Below, one piece after another: positions 1-10,455 of a stretch of DNA of 64,000 nt. The stretch spans positions 1,366,369 to 1,430,368 of the forward strand of contig CAVZTK010000021.1 of the NCBI GenBank assembly GCA_963778155.1, in the 5' to 3' direction. Positions within the stretch are counted from its first letter, which is position 1, and each line of letters starts with the position of its first letter. The position numbers and the translations under genes were made by a program. This DNA comes from an uncultured Chloroflexia bacterium (lineage in GTDB: Bacteria > Chloroflexota > Limnocylindria > Limnocylindrales > CSP1-4). The notes below the pieces were generated by a model. The model made no database searches, was not told the origin of the DNA, and saw nothing but the letters and a program-made list of their open reading frames with translations.

Positions 1-1234
1 ACGACGACATCGAGACGGTCCTCGCGGCCACCGTCGATGCTGCCGAGAAGTCCGTCGCCCGGACACCGAGCCTGCTGACGGTCCTGCGCGAGGCGGGCGT
101 CGTGGATTCGGGCGGCCAGGGCCTGTATCGACTGTTCCAGGGTGCGCTCCTGCACCTGGTCGGACGGGCACCGGCGTCGGGCGCGCGCGACAGGACGCGG
201 ACGGCCGGGCCCAAGGCCTCGGCGCTCATCGCGCACGCCGACGAGGGCTTCGGCTACGAGACGATGTTCCTCCTCCAGCCGAACGGCAGTGGCAGCCTCG
301 ATGTCGATGGCGATCCGGGACCACCTCGAGTCGATCGGCGAGTCCGTGCTCGTGGCGGGCGACGCGCGGGCGCTCAAGGTCCACGTCCACAACGAGCGGC
401 CCGACCTCGTCGTCGGCTACGGTCTGAGCCTCGGGACGATCAGCCGGATCAGCATCGAGAACCTCGACAATCAGGCACGCGACGTCCGCGAGACGCGGGC
501 CGCTGCGTTCACCGCGGACGTCGACGGCGCGTCGGAGCCACGGGCGGCCGAGGCGACGACTCGCGGCGACCGAGACGCCCACCCTCGGGGTGGTCAGCGT
601 CGTGGCCGGTGACGGCCTGGCCGCCATCTTCGAGGACTTCGGCGTCGCGGCGGTCGTGCGCGGCGGTCAGACCGCGAACCCGAGCACGGGCGAGCTGCTC
701 GCGGCCATCACCCGGGTGGAGGCGCGACAGATCATCGTCCTGCCCAACAACCCGAACGTCGTCCTGGCCGCCCGGCAGGTCGCCGCCATGGCCGATCGCC
801 CGGTCGTGGTCGTCCCGACCCGCAACGCGGCAGAGGGCTTCGCCGCGCTGCTCGCGCTCGACCCGAAGCTCGACGCCGCCGCGAACGAACGGCCGATGAC
901 AGAGGCGAGCCGGTCGATCCAGACGCTGCTGGTGACCGAAGCCGTGCGCGACGCGACCATCGGCGGACGAAAGGTCAAGCACGGCCACACCATCGCGCTC
1001 GGCCCCGACGATGGGCTGGTCGCGACGGACGGCGACCGCGAGAAGACCGTCCTGGCGGCGGTGAAGGCCCTGACGCCGGGGTTCGAGCTGTTGACCCTGT
1101 TCTACGGCGACGGTGCGGACCTCGAGGAGGCCGAGGAGATGGCCCGACGGATCGGTGCGACCGTCCCCGGTGTCGAGGTCGAGGTCCGCCACGGCGGGCA
1201 GCCGTTCTACCGGTATCTGATCTCCGCCGAGTAG
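1..1234 (+). CDS. DAK2-domain fatty acid kinase catalytic subunit (FakA/YloV-like), 5' end outside window, frameshifted near 310 and 580
   Basis: GVVDSGGQG, GYETMF, LKVHVHNE, GGQTANPST and C-terminal GGQPFYRYLISAE motifs spread over three frames; lies upstream of recG as in many monoderms. Confidence 0.9.
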
Positions 1235-1236
1235 GC

Positions 1237-3424
1237 GTGGCCAAGGCGACGAGCCCGACGACGGCACCGACCGACCCGGTCGCCCTGCTGTCGACGCCGC
1301 TGGCCGGCTCCGGCCTGGCCGCCGGCGCGCTGCTGCGTCGGTCCGGCATCAAGCTCGACTTCTACACGGTCCGCGATCTGCTCTTCCACCTGCCACGGCG
1401 CTACGACGACCTGCGCGAGATGCGCTCGCTCGGCGACCTCGTCTGGGCGGGCGACGGCGAGGTCGTGTCAGCGCGGGCACGCGTCGGCGACGTCCGCGTC
1501 GAGGCGGGCTTCCGCGGCCGGACGCAACGGACGATCGCCCGGCTCGAGGACGACACGGGCTCGATCGAGGCGACGTGGTTCGGGCGGCGGTTCATCGAGC
1601 GACGGCTCCACGTGGGCGCCGACGTCGTCGTGTCCGGCAAGATCAAGCACTTCGGGCGCAGGCTGACCCTCGACAACCCGGAGTTCCAGGTGCTCGCGGG
1701 CGAGCCGGGCGAGACCGAGCTGCTCCACGCCGGCCGGATCGTGCCCGTCTACCCGTTGACGGCCGGACTGACCGCGATCCGTCTGCGGACCGCCATCCGC
1801 GAGGCGCTCGACAAGGCCGGGTATGCGTACCCGGAGTACCTGCCGGCCGACATCTCGGCCGAGGAGGGTCTGGTGCCGATCGCCCGCGCGATCGAGGAGG
1901 CGCATTTCCCGGCGTCGTTCCCCGGGCGTGATGCGGCCCTCCGGCGCCTGGCGTTCGACGAGCTGCTCGCCCTCCAGCTGGGCATGGTCGCCCGGCGACG
2001 GCAGCGGGTGCGGGACGCGGCCGCGGAGATTCCCCTCGAGCCAGCGGCCGACCGTGTCATCCGCTCGGCGATCGTCGCCGCGATCGGGGCGCGCGTCGGC
2101 GAGCCCATCGAGCTGACGACCGACCAGGTGGTCGCCATCGATGCGATCCGTGGCGACATCGCCCGCCCGACGCCGATGCTCCGCCTTCTCCAGGGCGACG
2201 TCGGATCGGGCAAGACGGCGGTCGCGGCCTATGCGCTGGCGGCGACCGCACAGGCCGGGCTCCAGGGCGCGCTGCTGGCGCCGACCGACCTGCTGGCGCG
2301 CCAGCACCTCGAGACCGTCGGTGCGCTGCTCGACGGCGTCGGCATCGGCGTGACGCTGCTGACCGGATCGCTCAAGGCGGACGTGAAGGCCAAATCGCTC
2401 CAGGCCATCGCCTCGGGCCAGGCGCTCGTCGTGGTCGGCACGCACGCGCTGATCCAGGACGCGGTCTCGTTCGCCGATCTCGGGCTGGTCGTCATCGACG
2501 AGCAGCACCGCTTCGGTGTCGACCAGCGCGGCGCGCTCGAGGCGAAGGCGCGGCGGCCGCTCGCCGCACGTCCTGCTGATGACCGCGACGCCCATCCCGC
2601 GGACGCTGGGCCAGGTGCTGTACGCGGACCTCGACGTGTCGGACCTGCGGACGCCGCCCGCGGGCCGGGTCAAGATCCGGACGGGGGTCAAGCGGCCGGG
2701 CGACCTCGACGGGACGTGGCAGAAGGTCCGCGCCGAGGCCGCTCTTGGCCACCGGACGTTCGTCGTCGTGCCGCTCATCGAGGAAGGCGCCGACGACGGC
2801 GACGGCGCGGTCGCGGCCGAGAGCGAGGCGGTCCGGCTGGCGCGCGCTTGCTCGCTCCGCTGCGGGTCGGGATGGTCCACGGTCGGCTCAAGCCCGCGGA
2901 GCGCGACGCGGAGATGACGCGGTTCCGCGACGGCGAGCTCGACGTCCTCGTCGGGACGACCGTGGTCGAGGTCGGGGTCGACGTCCCGGCAGCGACGATG
3001 ATGGTCATCGAGGGCGCCGATCGGTTCGGGCTGGCGCAGCTCCACCAGCTCCGCGGTCGGGTCGGCCGCGGCAGCGTCGAGTCGTTCTGCGTGCTCGTCA
3101 CCGATTCGACCGACGAGGTCGCGATGGCCCGCCTGCGCGCGGTGGTCGAGTCGAACGACGGTTTCGCCCTCGCCGAGAAGGATTTCGAGCTGCGCAAGGA
3201 GGGCGACGTCCTCGGCCTCGCCCAGAGCGGCTTCCCGCGGCTGCGGATCGCCTCGCTCCAGGTCGCCGAGCATCGCGACCTCGCGGTCCGGGCGCGGGCG
3301 CACGCCGAGTCGCTCCTCGATGCCGCGGGCGTCATGGCGCCGGCCACGGCCTGCCCTGACGGCCGAGCTCGCGGAGGGCTGGCTGCGGCGCGTCGCTGCG
3401 GGCGAGCCCGCGAGCGGGGCGTGA
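1237..3424 (+). CDS. recG: ATP-dependent DNA helicase RecG (indels near 2550, 2845, 3355)
   Basis: RLLQGDVGSGKT, DEQHRFG, MTATPIPRTL (alternate frame), QLHQLRGRVGRG; likely stop TGA 3422-3424 overlaps the rsmD GTG. Confidence 0.95.
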
Positions 3425-3999
3425 CTGCGGGCGACGCCGGGCGGGTCATCGCGGGGACGGCCCGCGGTATCCGGCTCGAGGCACCCGGTCCCGGGACGAG
3501 GCCACTGTCCGACCGGGTCAAGGAGACGCTGTTCGCGATCCTCGAGCCGGACCTGCGCGGCGCCGTCGTCGCCGACCTGTTCGCGGGCTCGGGTGCGGCC
3601 GGCATCGAGGCGCTGTCGCGTGGGGCGGCGCGGGCCATCTTCGTCGAGCGCGATCGCGGCGCGGCCGCGGTGATCGCCGCCAACCTCGCCCGAACCCACC
3701 TCGGCGGGGAGCGGGCCAGGATCGTGCGCGCGGACGCGGTCGCGTGGCTCGCCGGGCCCGAGGCAGCCACGGCCGGGCCATTCGACATCGTCATCGCCGA
3801 TCCGCCGTACGCCGAGACCGCCCTGCTCCTGGCCGCGCTCGAGGCGCTCGAGCCTCGTCTTGCACCCCGTGCCCGGGTCGTCGCGAAGCATTTCTGGCGC
3901 GACGCGCCGCCGGCTCGTATCGGGCTGCTAGCATCCGAGCGCGAGCGTCGCTTCGGCGAGACGATGCTGACCTTCTATCGACGAGCGGAGGATCGATGA
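3421..3999 (+). CDS. rsmD: 16S rRNA m2G966 methyltransferase RsmD
   Basis: RVIAGTARG, TRPLSDRVKETLF, DLFAGSGAAGIEALSRGA, DPPY. Confidence 0.93.
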   Translation: MTAGDAGRVIAGTARGIRLEAPGPGTRPLSDRVKETLFAILEPDLRGAVVADLFAGSGAAGIEALSRGAARAIFVERDRGAAAVIAANLARTHLGGERARIVRADAVAWLAGPEAATAGPFDIVIADPPYAETALLLAALEALEPRLAPRARVVAKHFWRDAPPARIGLLASERERRFGETMLTFYRRAEDR

Positions 4000-4499
4000 A
4001 TACCGTCGCCGTCTACCCCGGCTCGTTCGACCCGATCACCAACGGGCACCTCGACATCGTCGCGCGCGCGCTGACGGTGTTCGACTCGGTCGTCGTCGCG
4101 GTCCTCGCCAATCCGCGCAAGACGCCCCTGTTCACGGCGGACGTGCGCATCGCGATCATCCGCGAGGCGCTCCTGGCGGAAGTCGCCGGGTCGCAGCACG
4201 ACAGGCTCGATGTCGTCGCGTTCGACGGGCTGACCGTGGACTTCGCCCGAGCCCGGCACGCCGGCGCCATCGTCCGCGGCCTGCGCGCGATCAGCGACTT
4301 CGAGACCGAGATGCAGCTGGCCCACAACAATCGCGTCCTGGCACCCGAGGTCGACACCGTCTTCTTCATGACCGCGGTCGAGCACGGCTACGTCAGCTCG
4401 AGCCTGGTCAAGGAGATCGCCGGGTTCGGTGGCGACGTGTCGGGGATGATCCCGGTGGCAGCCAGCGAGGCCCTCGCCAAGGCGCTCGGGAGACGCTGA
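3996..4499 (+). CDS. coaD: Phosphopantetheine adenylyltransferase
   Basis: AVYPGSFDPITNGHLD, RGLRAISDFE, VSSSLVKE; ATGA overlap with rsmD. Confidence 0.96.
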   Translation: MNTVAVYPGSFDPITNGHLDIVARALTVFDSVVVAVLANPRKTPLFTADVRIAIIREALLAEVAGSQHDRLDVVAFDGLTVDFARARHAGAIVRGLRAISDFETEMQLAHNNRVLAPEVDTVFFMTAVEHGYVSSSLVKEIAGFGGDVSGMIPVAASEALAKALGRR

Positions 4500-4570
4500 C
4501 CGAGGCATCCGCGTGCGATACTTGTGGTCAGCCTGCGCCACCGAGCCTCGCCAGCCTGGAGGGCACTCCG

Positions 4571-5105
4571 ATCGACATCATCTTCCTCGTCGAGCGCCTC
4601 GAATCGCTGATCGCCAACGGCAAGAAGCTGCCGCTGACGACGAACGTCGTGGTCGACCAGAACGCGGCCCTCGGCCTCATCGATGAGCTGCGCGTCGCCG
4701 TCCCCGAAGAGGTCCGCGCGGCCAAACGCATCAACGCCGAGGGCGAGCGGATCATCGAGAAGGCACAGGACGAAGCCGAGCGGATCGTCGCCCGGGCCCA
4801 GGAGCAGGCCGCCTTCCTGATCGACGAGCGTGGCCTGACCCAGTCGGCCGAGGCGCAGAGCCGGGTGATCATCGGCGACGCCCACCGACGACGCCGACGA
4901 CATCCGCAAGGGCGCCGACGAGTACGCCGTCGGCGTGCTGGTCGGTCTCGAGGCCGATGTCACCAGGACGCTCGAGAGCATCCGGAACGGGATCGACCTC
5001 CTCGACGGGCGGCGGGCGTCGCTCGACGGCACGGGCGACGGCCACGCGGACGGCGGCGAGCGTGCCATGGACGAGACGGGGGAGCCCTCCCACTCGACCC
5101 GGTGA
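4571..5105 (+). CDS. Conserved coiled-coil protein (DivIVA/ATP synthase b-like family found between coaD and yceD); apparent ATC start; indel near 4885
   Basis: IDIIFLVERLESLIANGKKLPL...IDELRVAVPEEVRAAK...GADEYA; GGAGGG at 4558-4563 precedes ATC 4571. Confidence 0.75.
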
Positions 5106-5659
5106 CCGCGAGCGGGCCGCTCGAGGCCTCCCTTGCCTGGAACGTCGCCGGCCTGCTCGACGGACGGACCCGGCGCCGAGCGCATCCTCGATGTCGCCGA
5201 CGCCCGGATCGACCTTGGCGATGACCTCCGGCTGGCCGAGTCGATCGCCGGGCGCGTCCGGTTGGTGCGGACCAACCGCGGGATCCTGGCCACCGCCGAC
5301 CTGCGGACCGCGCTCGACCTCGAGTGCAGCCGCTGCCTCCGCCAGGTGATCCTCCCCGTCGACATCCGCTTCCAGGAGGAATACCTGCCGAGCCTCGACC
5401 TCGCGACCGGGCGCCCGCTGACGACCGACGACGAGCCCGATGTCGGCCGCCTGACCGATCATCACGAGCTCGATCTCGAACCGTCGGTCCGCGACGCGAT
5501 CCTGCTGGCCGAGCCGATCGCACCGCTCTGCCGCCCGGACTGCCCCGGCCTGTGCATCGTCTGCGGGCTCCGGCTCGACGAAGGCGAGCACGACCACCCC
5601 GACGACGACATCGACCCGCGGCTCGAGGCGCTCCGCGGCTTCCGGCGGACGAGGGCTGA
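5102..5659 (+). CDS. yceD: DUF177/YceD family metal-binding protein (indels near 5165 and 5645)
   Basis: LECSRCL, PLCRPDCPGLCIVCG, IDPRLEAL motifs. Confidence 0.9.
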
Positions 5660-5661
5660 GC

Positions 5662-7194
5662 TCAGGGGAGCGGGTGCGCCCCCGGCAGCAAGACCGTCAC
5701 GTTCCCCTGGTCGACCACCACGGGCAGCTCGTCGGCGATCTCCTCGCGCGTCGTGGGGTCGAGGCCGTCGGCCGTGCCGCGAGCGAACAGTGCCGCGTTG
5801 CTGTCGTCGTACCACTCTTCCATCGCGAACTGATACCCGGGGGCGCCGAGCCGTGATCTCCCGACGGGTCCGGCGGCGAGGCGTCCACGGTCGGTCTCGT
5901 AGGAGGTCCCAGTCGGGTCGACGATCAGCTGGCAGCCATCGCGCAGGTCGCGCTTCAGGGCGGATGTCTCGATCAGCAGCTCCGGGTCGTCTGCCGAGAC
6001 GCAGCGGGCGTTGCGGATGTCGACCTCGAGGGCCGTGCGCTCGATGACGGTCCCCTGTTGGCGCGGCACGGCGAGGGCCATGGCGGCCACGACCGCGACG
6101 GCGCCGACCCGCGCCGCCATGACGAGTGGCCGTGATCGTTCGACCGCACGGATCGCCAGCGACGCGGCCGTTCCGAGCACGATGGCCGCGGCCGGAGCCA
6201 GCCACGCCGAGTAGTGCGTGAAGAAGTTCGGCGCCACGAGGAGATAGCCGGCCTCGAGTGTGACAAGCGCGCACCACATCCGTGCGGTCGGGACCCGACG
6301 GGCGACGGCCACGACCGCGAGCACGCCGATGATCGCGAGAGCGACGACCACCATCAGCGCCGGCAGGCCCTTGCCGCCGGCCAGGCTGAACCCCTCGAGC
6401 ACGTGCAGGCGCGTGACCAGGCCGATGTCGAGGCTCGGCCGGGCGAGCTGGTCGATGAGCACGTAGCGGACGAACTGCGCCGGCGCGGCCACGAAGAAGG
6501 GAACGCAGACCACCGCGAGTGCCGCCGCGGCCCCACCGAGCAGGCCGAGCGTCGCTCGCCATCGATCGCCCGAGACGCCCAGCCAACCGAGGAAGATGGC
6601 CGCGGCGACGACCGCCACCGGCACCACCGCCCACACCTGGATCGCCACGGCGGCGCCGAGGCAGGCGCCCGCGACCGCAGCGCGGCGAGCGCGGAGTGGG
6701 CCTCCCGTCAGGAGGATGACCACGGCGATGAGCAGGAGCGTGGTCTGCGGGCCGATGAGGATCGTCGTCCTTTCGGCGCGAGCCGCGGCATACCAGACCG
6801 CGTACAGGCCGCCGCTCACGAGCGCGGCGCGCCGCCCATAGCGGCCGGCCACGACCGTCACCAGGCCGGCGTTCAGTGCGCCGATCGCCATGAACGCGAG
6901 CCTGGCGGCGGCGAACCCGGTGGCGCTGTCGGTCACGCCGGCGAGCAGCGCGAACGGCGAGAGCAGCACGGCGATCCCGGGCGGATGCAGCAGCAGGAAG
7001 TCGCGATAGGGCAGGACGCCGTCGACCAGCGCCGTGGCGGCGGCGAAATAGACCCCGTCGTCGTAGCCGAGGTAGCCCTCGAGCCCACCACCCCGGATGA
7101 CCGGGACGGCACGGACGAGGAACGCGATGAGCACGATCCCGAGGACGAGCAGCCAGTCCGACCGGGTCCGCGGGACCCAGCGCTCTTCGGGCAT
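5662..7194 (-). CDS. Polytopic membrane glycosyltransferase (GT-C fold, mannosyl/arabinosyltransferase-like)
   Basis: YDDGVY acidic loop, LPYRDFLLLHPPG, many hydrophobic helices, uninterrupted ORF. Confidence 0.7.
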   Translation of the reverse strand: MPEERWVPRTRSDWLLVLGIVLIAFLVRAVPVIRGGGLEGYLGYDDGVYFAAATALVDGVLPYRDFLLLHPPGIAVLLSPFALLAGVTDSATGFAAARLAFMAIGALNAGLVTVVAGRYGRRAALVSGGLYAVWYAAARAERTTILIGPQTTLLLIAVVILLTGGPLRARRAAVAGACLGAAVAIQVWAVVPVAVVAAAIFLGWLGVSGDRWRATLGLLGGAAAALAVVCVPFFVAAPAQFVRYVLIDQLARPSLDIGLVTRLHVLEGFSLAGGKGLPALMVVVALAIIGVLAVVAVARRVPTARMWCALVTLEAGYLLVAPNFFTHYSAWLAPAAAIVLGTAASLAIRAVERSRPLVMAARVGAVAVVAAMALAVPRQQGTVIERTALEVDIRNARCVSADDPELLIETSALKRDLRDGCQLIVDPTGTSYETDRGRLAAGPVGRSRLGAPGYQFAMEEWYDDSNAALFARGTADGLDPTTREEIADELPVVVDQGNVTVLLPGAHPLP

Positions 7195-7311
7195 CGACCC
7201 ACCGACCTCCGCCTGCACCACCGTATCCCAGCCCGGCATGCGGCAGCGTGACATATTCCTCGCCAAAGGGCTTTCGAAGCGATGCCCCTGACGAGGGCGA
7301 CCGATTCGCGC

Positions 7312-7317
7312 TACACT
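7312..7317 (+). promoter_or_regulatory. Putative housekeeping-sigma -10 element (TACACT) for the rpmF-plsX operon
   Basis: TACACT about 100 nt upstream of rpmF; the same hexamer type recurs before ffh, rplS, rpsB and asd. Confidence 0.55.
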
Positions 7318-7415
7318 CCGCCGTCGGTCCGAGATCCTCCGCCCGAGGTTCCGGCACCGCCCCACTGCCAGCCAGAGCATCGCCGCGGCGATGACCCGAA
7401 GGAGCCCCCGACGTC

Positions 7416-7616
7416 ATGGGTGTACCCAAGCGACGCGTCTCGCATGCCCGCCAGGGCGAGCGCCGCGCGCACCTCGCCATCAGCCTGCCCGCACTCGAAG
7501 AGTGCTCGCACTGCCACGAGATGAAGCAGCCGCATCACGTCTGCCCGAACTGCGGCTACTACCAGGGCCGCCAGGCGGTCGAGCTGAAGCCTGCCGCCGA
7601 CGACGCCGCGCGCTGA
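7416..7616 (+). CDS. rpmF: 50S ribosomal protein L32 (Zn-ribbon, C+ form)
   Basis: MGVPKRRVSHAR, CSHC...CPNCGYY; SD GAAGGAG. Confidence 0.97.
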   Translation: MGVPKRRVSHARQGERRAHLAISLPALEECSHCHEMKQPHHVCPNCGYYQGRQAVELKPAADDAAR

Positions 7617-7632
7617 CGCGGAGTCCTCGAGC

Positions 7633-8677
7633 GTGACCGAGCCGGCGGGACCTGCCGGCACCGGCGTCCGGCTCGCCGTCGACGCCATGGGCGGTGACCA
7701 CGGTGCGGCCGAGGTCGTCCCGGGCGCCCTCGATCACGCCAGGGCGCACCCGGAGGACCGGATCATCCTCGTCGGCGACGAGGCAGTCATCCGCGGGCTC
7801 GCCGGCACGCTGCCGGCCAACGTCACGATCGTGCCCGCCAGCCAGGTGGTCGGGATGGACGAGCATCCGGCGCTGGCCCTGCGCGAGAAGAAGGACTCGT
7901 CGATCCTCGTCGCAGTCGACCTGGTCAAGCGTGGCGAGGCGGATGCGGTCGTGACCGCCGGGCACACCGGAGCGGGCATGGCGGCCGCCGTGCTCCGGCT
8001 CGGGCGCCTGCCGGGCGTGGACCGCCCGGCCCTCGCCGTCCAGATGATCACGGGCACGGGCCCCATGGTCCTCCTCGACATCGGCGCCAATCCCGATTCG
8101 ACCGGCGAGAACCTCGCCCAGTACGCGCGGATGGGCGCGATCTTCGCCGAGCGGGTGCTCGGCGTGGCGAACCCCCGGGTCGCGCTGCTGTCGATCGGCG
8201 AGGAGAAGGGCAAGGGCGACGCCCGGATCCAGCGCGCGACCGAGCTGCTCGACGCTTCGGACCTCCACTTCGAGGGCAACATCGAGGGCAAGGACCTGAC
8301 CAACCACCTGGCCGACGTGGTGGTCTGCGACGCGGTCCTCGGCAATGTCGTGATCAAGTTCTTCGAGGGCCTGTCGACGTTCATCTTCGACCTGTGGCGT
8401 GACGAGTTCGGCGGCTCTCTCCGCGGCCGGCTCGCCTACCTGCTGATGCGCCCAGGCATCGGCCGGATCCGCGGCATCTTCGACTACGAGAAGGTCGGCG
8501 GCTCGCCGCTTCTCGGCGTCCGCGGCACGGTCATCATCACCCACGGCCGGGCGCGCCGGCGGATGATCACGTTCGCCTGCGAGGTCGCGGCGACGACGGC
8601 GCGGACGGGGGTCCCGGCGCTCATCGCCGAGTCCCTGCGCGACCGTCGGCCGCGGCGCGCCAGGCGAGGCCTCGTGA
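7633..8677 (+). CDS. plsX: Phosphate acyltransferase PlsX (terminal indel near 8650)
   Basis: AVDAMGGD, GVDRPAL, LLDIGAN, GGSPLLG, ITHG. Confidence 0.95.
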
Positions 8678-8990
8678 GCGGACCGGAGCTGACCGTGGGT
8701 CGCGCGGTGATCGCCGAGCTCGTCCGGCTCGCCGCCCTCGAGGTGCCCGGCGTCGTCCGTGTCGGCCGTGGCGGCCCGCCCTGGCGCGGGCTGTTCTCGG
8801 CGGACCGGCGGTCAGGATCCGCATCCATGACGAACGCGTCCTCGTCCGGCTCTGGCTGGTGGCCCGCCCGGGCCAGCCGCTGGCGCCGCTCGCCGGCCAG
8901 GTCCGGACGACCGTCGCCGCCACCGTGGAGCGCCTGCTCGGTCTCGAGCTCGGGTCGGTGACCGTGCTGGTCGATGGCGTCGGGGCCTGA
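8674..8990 (+). CDS. Asp23/Gls24 family envelope stress protein (indel near 8800)
   Basis: VIAELVRLAALEVPGV start and [19 protein letters not shown] end; directly upstream of nusB as in Bacillota. Confidence 0.75.
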
Positions 8991-9504
8991 CCGCGTCCGC
9001 GGCCGGCGGACCGGCCGCCGGCTGGCCCTCGCGGCAGTCTTCGAAGCGGATTTCGGACAGCGCACCGCCGACGCCGTCCTCGAGCGCCATCTTGCCGAGG
9101 AGGAGCGCGATCCGAATGCCGCGGCGCTGGCCCGCGAGCTCGTCGCCGCCGAGATCGAACACCGCGACTCGATCGATGCCGAGATCACCCGCCGGGCGCC
9201 CCAGTACCCGGTCACCGGGCTCGCCCTGATGGACCGCGCGCTGCTCCGTTGCGCCATATCCGAGGTGCTACACTCGGCCACGCCGGCCCGGGTGGCCATC
9301 GCCGAGTGGGTCGAGCTGGCACGCACGTACAGTGGAGAACCGATGCGACGCCTCATGAACGGCGTCCTCGGGAACATCGCAGCGGAGCCCAGCGGCACCC
9401 GGCCGACGGCACCAGCACCCAACTCCGAGGAGGGAGTCAGTGGCAACAACGTACGAGCGCCTCAAGAAGATCGTCGTCGAGCAGCTCGGCGCCGACGAGG
9501 ATGA
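8974..9504 (+). CDS. nusB: Transcription antitermination factor NusB (true stop probably near 9440)
   Basis: [41 protein letters not shown]. Confidence 0.9.
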   Translation: MASGPDRVRGRRTGRRLALAAVFEADFGQRTADAVLERHLAEEERDPNAAALARELVAAEIEHRDSIDAEITRRAPQYPVTGLALMDRALLRCAISEVLHSATPARVAIAEWVELARTYSGEPMRRLMNGVLGNIAAEPSGTRPTAPAPNSEEGVSGNNVRAPQEDRRRAARRRRG

Positions 9505-9676
9505 GGTCAAGCCCGAGGCGTCGTTCGTCGACGACCTGAATGCCGACTCGCTCGATCTGGTCGAGCTCATCATGAGCCTCGAGGAGGAGTTCGGGACGGA
9601 GATCTCGGACGAGGATGCGGAGAAGATCCGCACGGTCCAGGACGCCGTCGACTACATCGACGAGCGCGCGTCCTAG
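9440..9676 (+). CDS. acpP: Acyl carrier protein
   Basis: [20 protein letters not shown] phosphopantetheine site; SD GAGGAGGG. Confidence 0.97.
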   Translation: MATTYERLKKIVVEQLGADEDEVKPEASFVDDLNADSLDLVELIMSLEEEFGTEISDEDAEKIRTVQDAVDYIDERAS

Positions 9677-9711
9677 CGCTTTCCCCGGGCGTCGGCCGGA
9701 CCTCCGGGTTG

Positions 9712-10455
9712 ATGCGTCCCGCCGAGGCCTTTGCAGCGCGGCTCGGGCTCCCGGTCCACGACCTCGATCTCCTCGAACAGGCACTCGTCCATTCGAGCTG
9801 GCAGCACGAGCACCCCGACGTCGCGCGCGGGCACAACGAGCGGCTCGAGTTCCTCGGTGATTCGGTGGTCAGCCTGGCCATCTCGGAGGCCCTCTATGCC
9901 CGCCACCCCGACGATGACGAGGGCTACCTGAGCGCCCGTCGTGCCGCCATCGTGTCGTCGACCGGGCTCGCCCGCCTGGCCGCCCGGATCGACCTCGGCG
10001 CGTACCTGATGCTCGGCGAGGGCGAGTCCCAGCGGAGCGGTCGTCGCCGGCCCCTGCTCCTGGCGTCGACCTTCGAGGCGGTCGCGGGCGCGCTCTATCT
10101 CGATCTCGGGTTCGAGATGGTCCGCGCCTGGCTGGTCGGGCTGGCGGCTCCCGAGCTCGCCGCCGCGGCCCCGATCGGCACGCTCAAGAGCCCCAAGAGC
10201 CGGCTCCAGGAGTTCACCCAGCGGACGACCGGCGACCGCCCCACGTACCACCTGGCCGACGCGAGCGGCCCCGACCACGAGAAGTCGTTCCGGATCGAGG
10301 TCTGGGTCGGCGGTGATCTGCTCGGCGTCGGCGAAGGCCCGTCCCGACGAGCGGCCGAGACCGCAGCCGCGGCCCAGGCGCTGGATCGGCTTCGAGGCGC
10401 GGCCGGTGCGGAGAGCGTGGGGAGCCGACCCGGTCCCGATGGGGTGACCGCATGA
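9712..10455 (+). CDS. rnc: Ribonuclease III
   Basis: NERLEFLGD signature, C-terminal dsRBD (PKSRLQE, GPDHEKSF). Confidence 0.96.
   Translation: MRPAEAFAARLGLPVHDLDLLEQALVHSSWQHEHPDVARGHNERLEFLGDSVVSLAISEALYARHPDDDEGYLSARRAAIVSSTGLARLAARIDLGAYLMLGEGESQRSGRRRPLLLASTFEAVAGALYLDLGFEMVRAWLVGLAAPELAAAAPIGTLKSPKSRLQEFTQRTTGDRPTYHLADASGPDHEKSFRIEVWVGGDLLGVGEGPSRRAAETAAAAQALDRLRGAAGAESVGSRPGPDGVTA

Noticed and set aside
1237-3999. Apparent RecG-RsmD fusion (920-aa ORF)
   Set aside because: An indel near 3355 links them; a natural GTGA stop/start overlap exists at 3421-3424.
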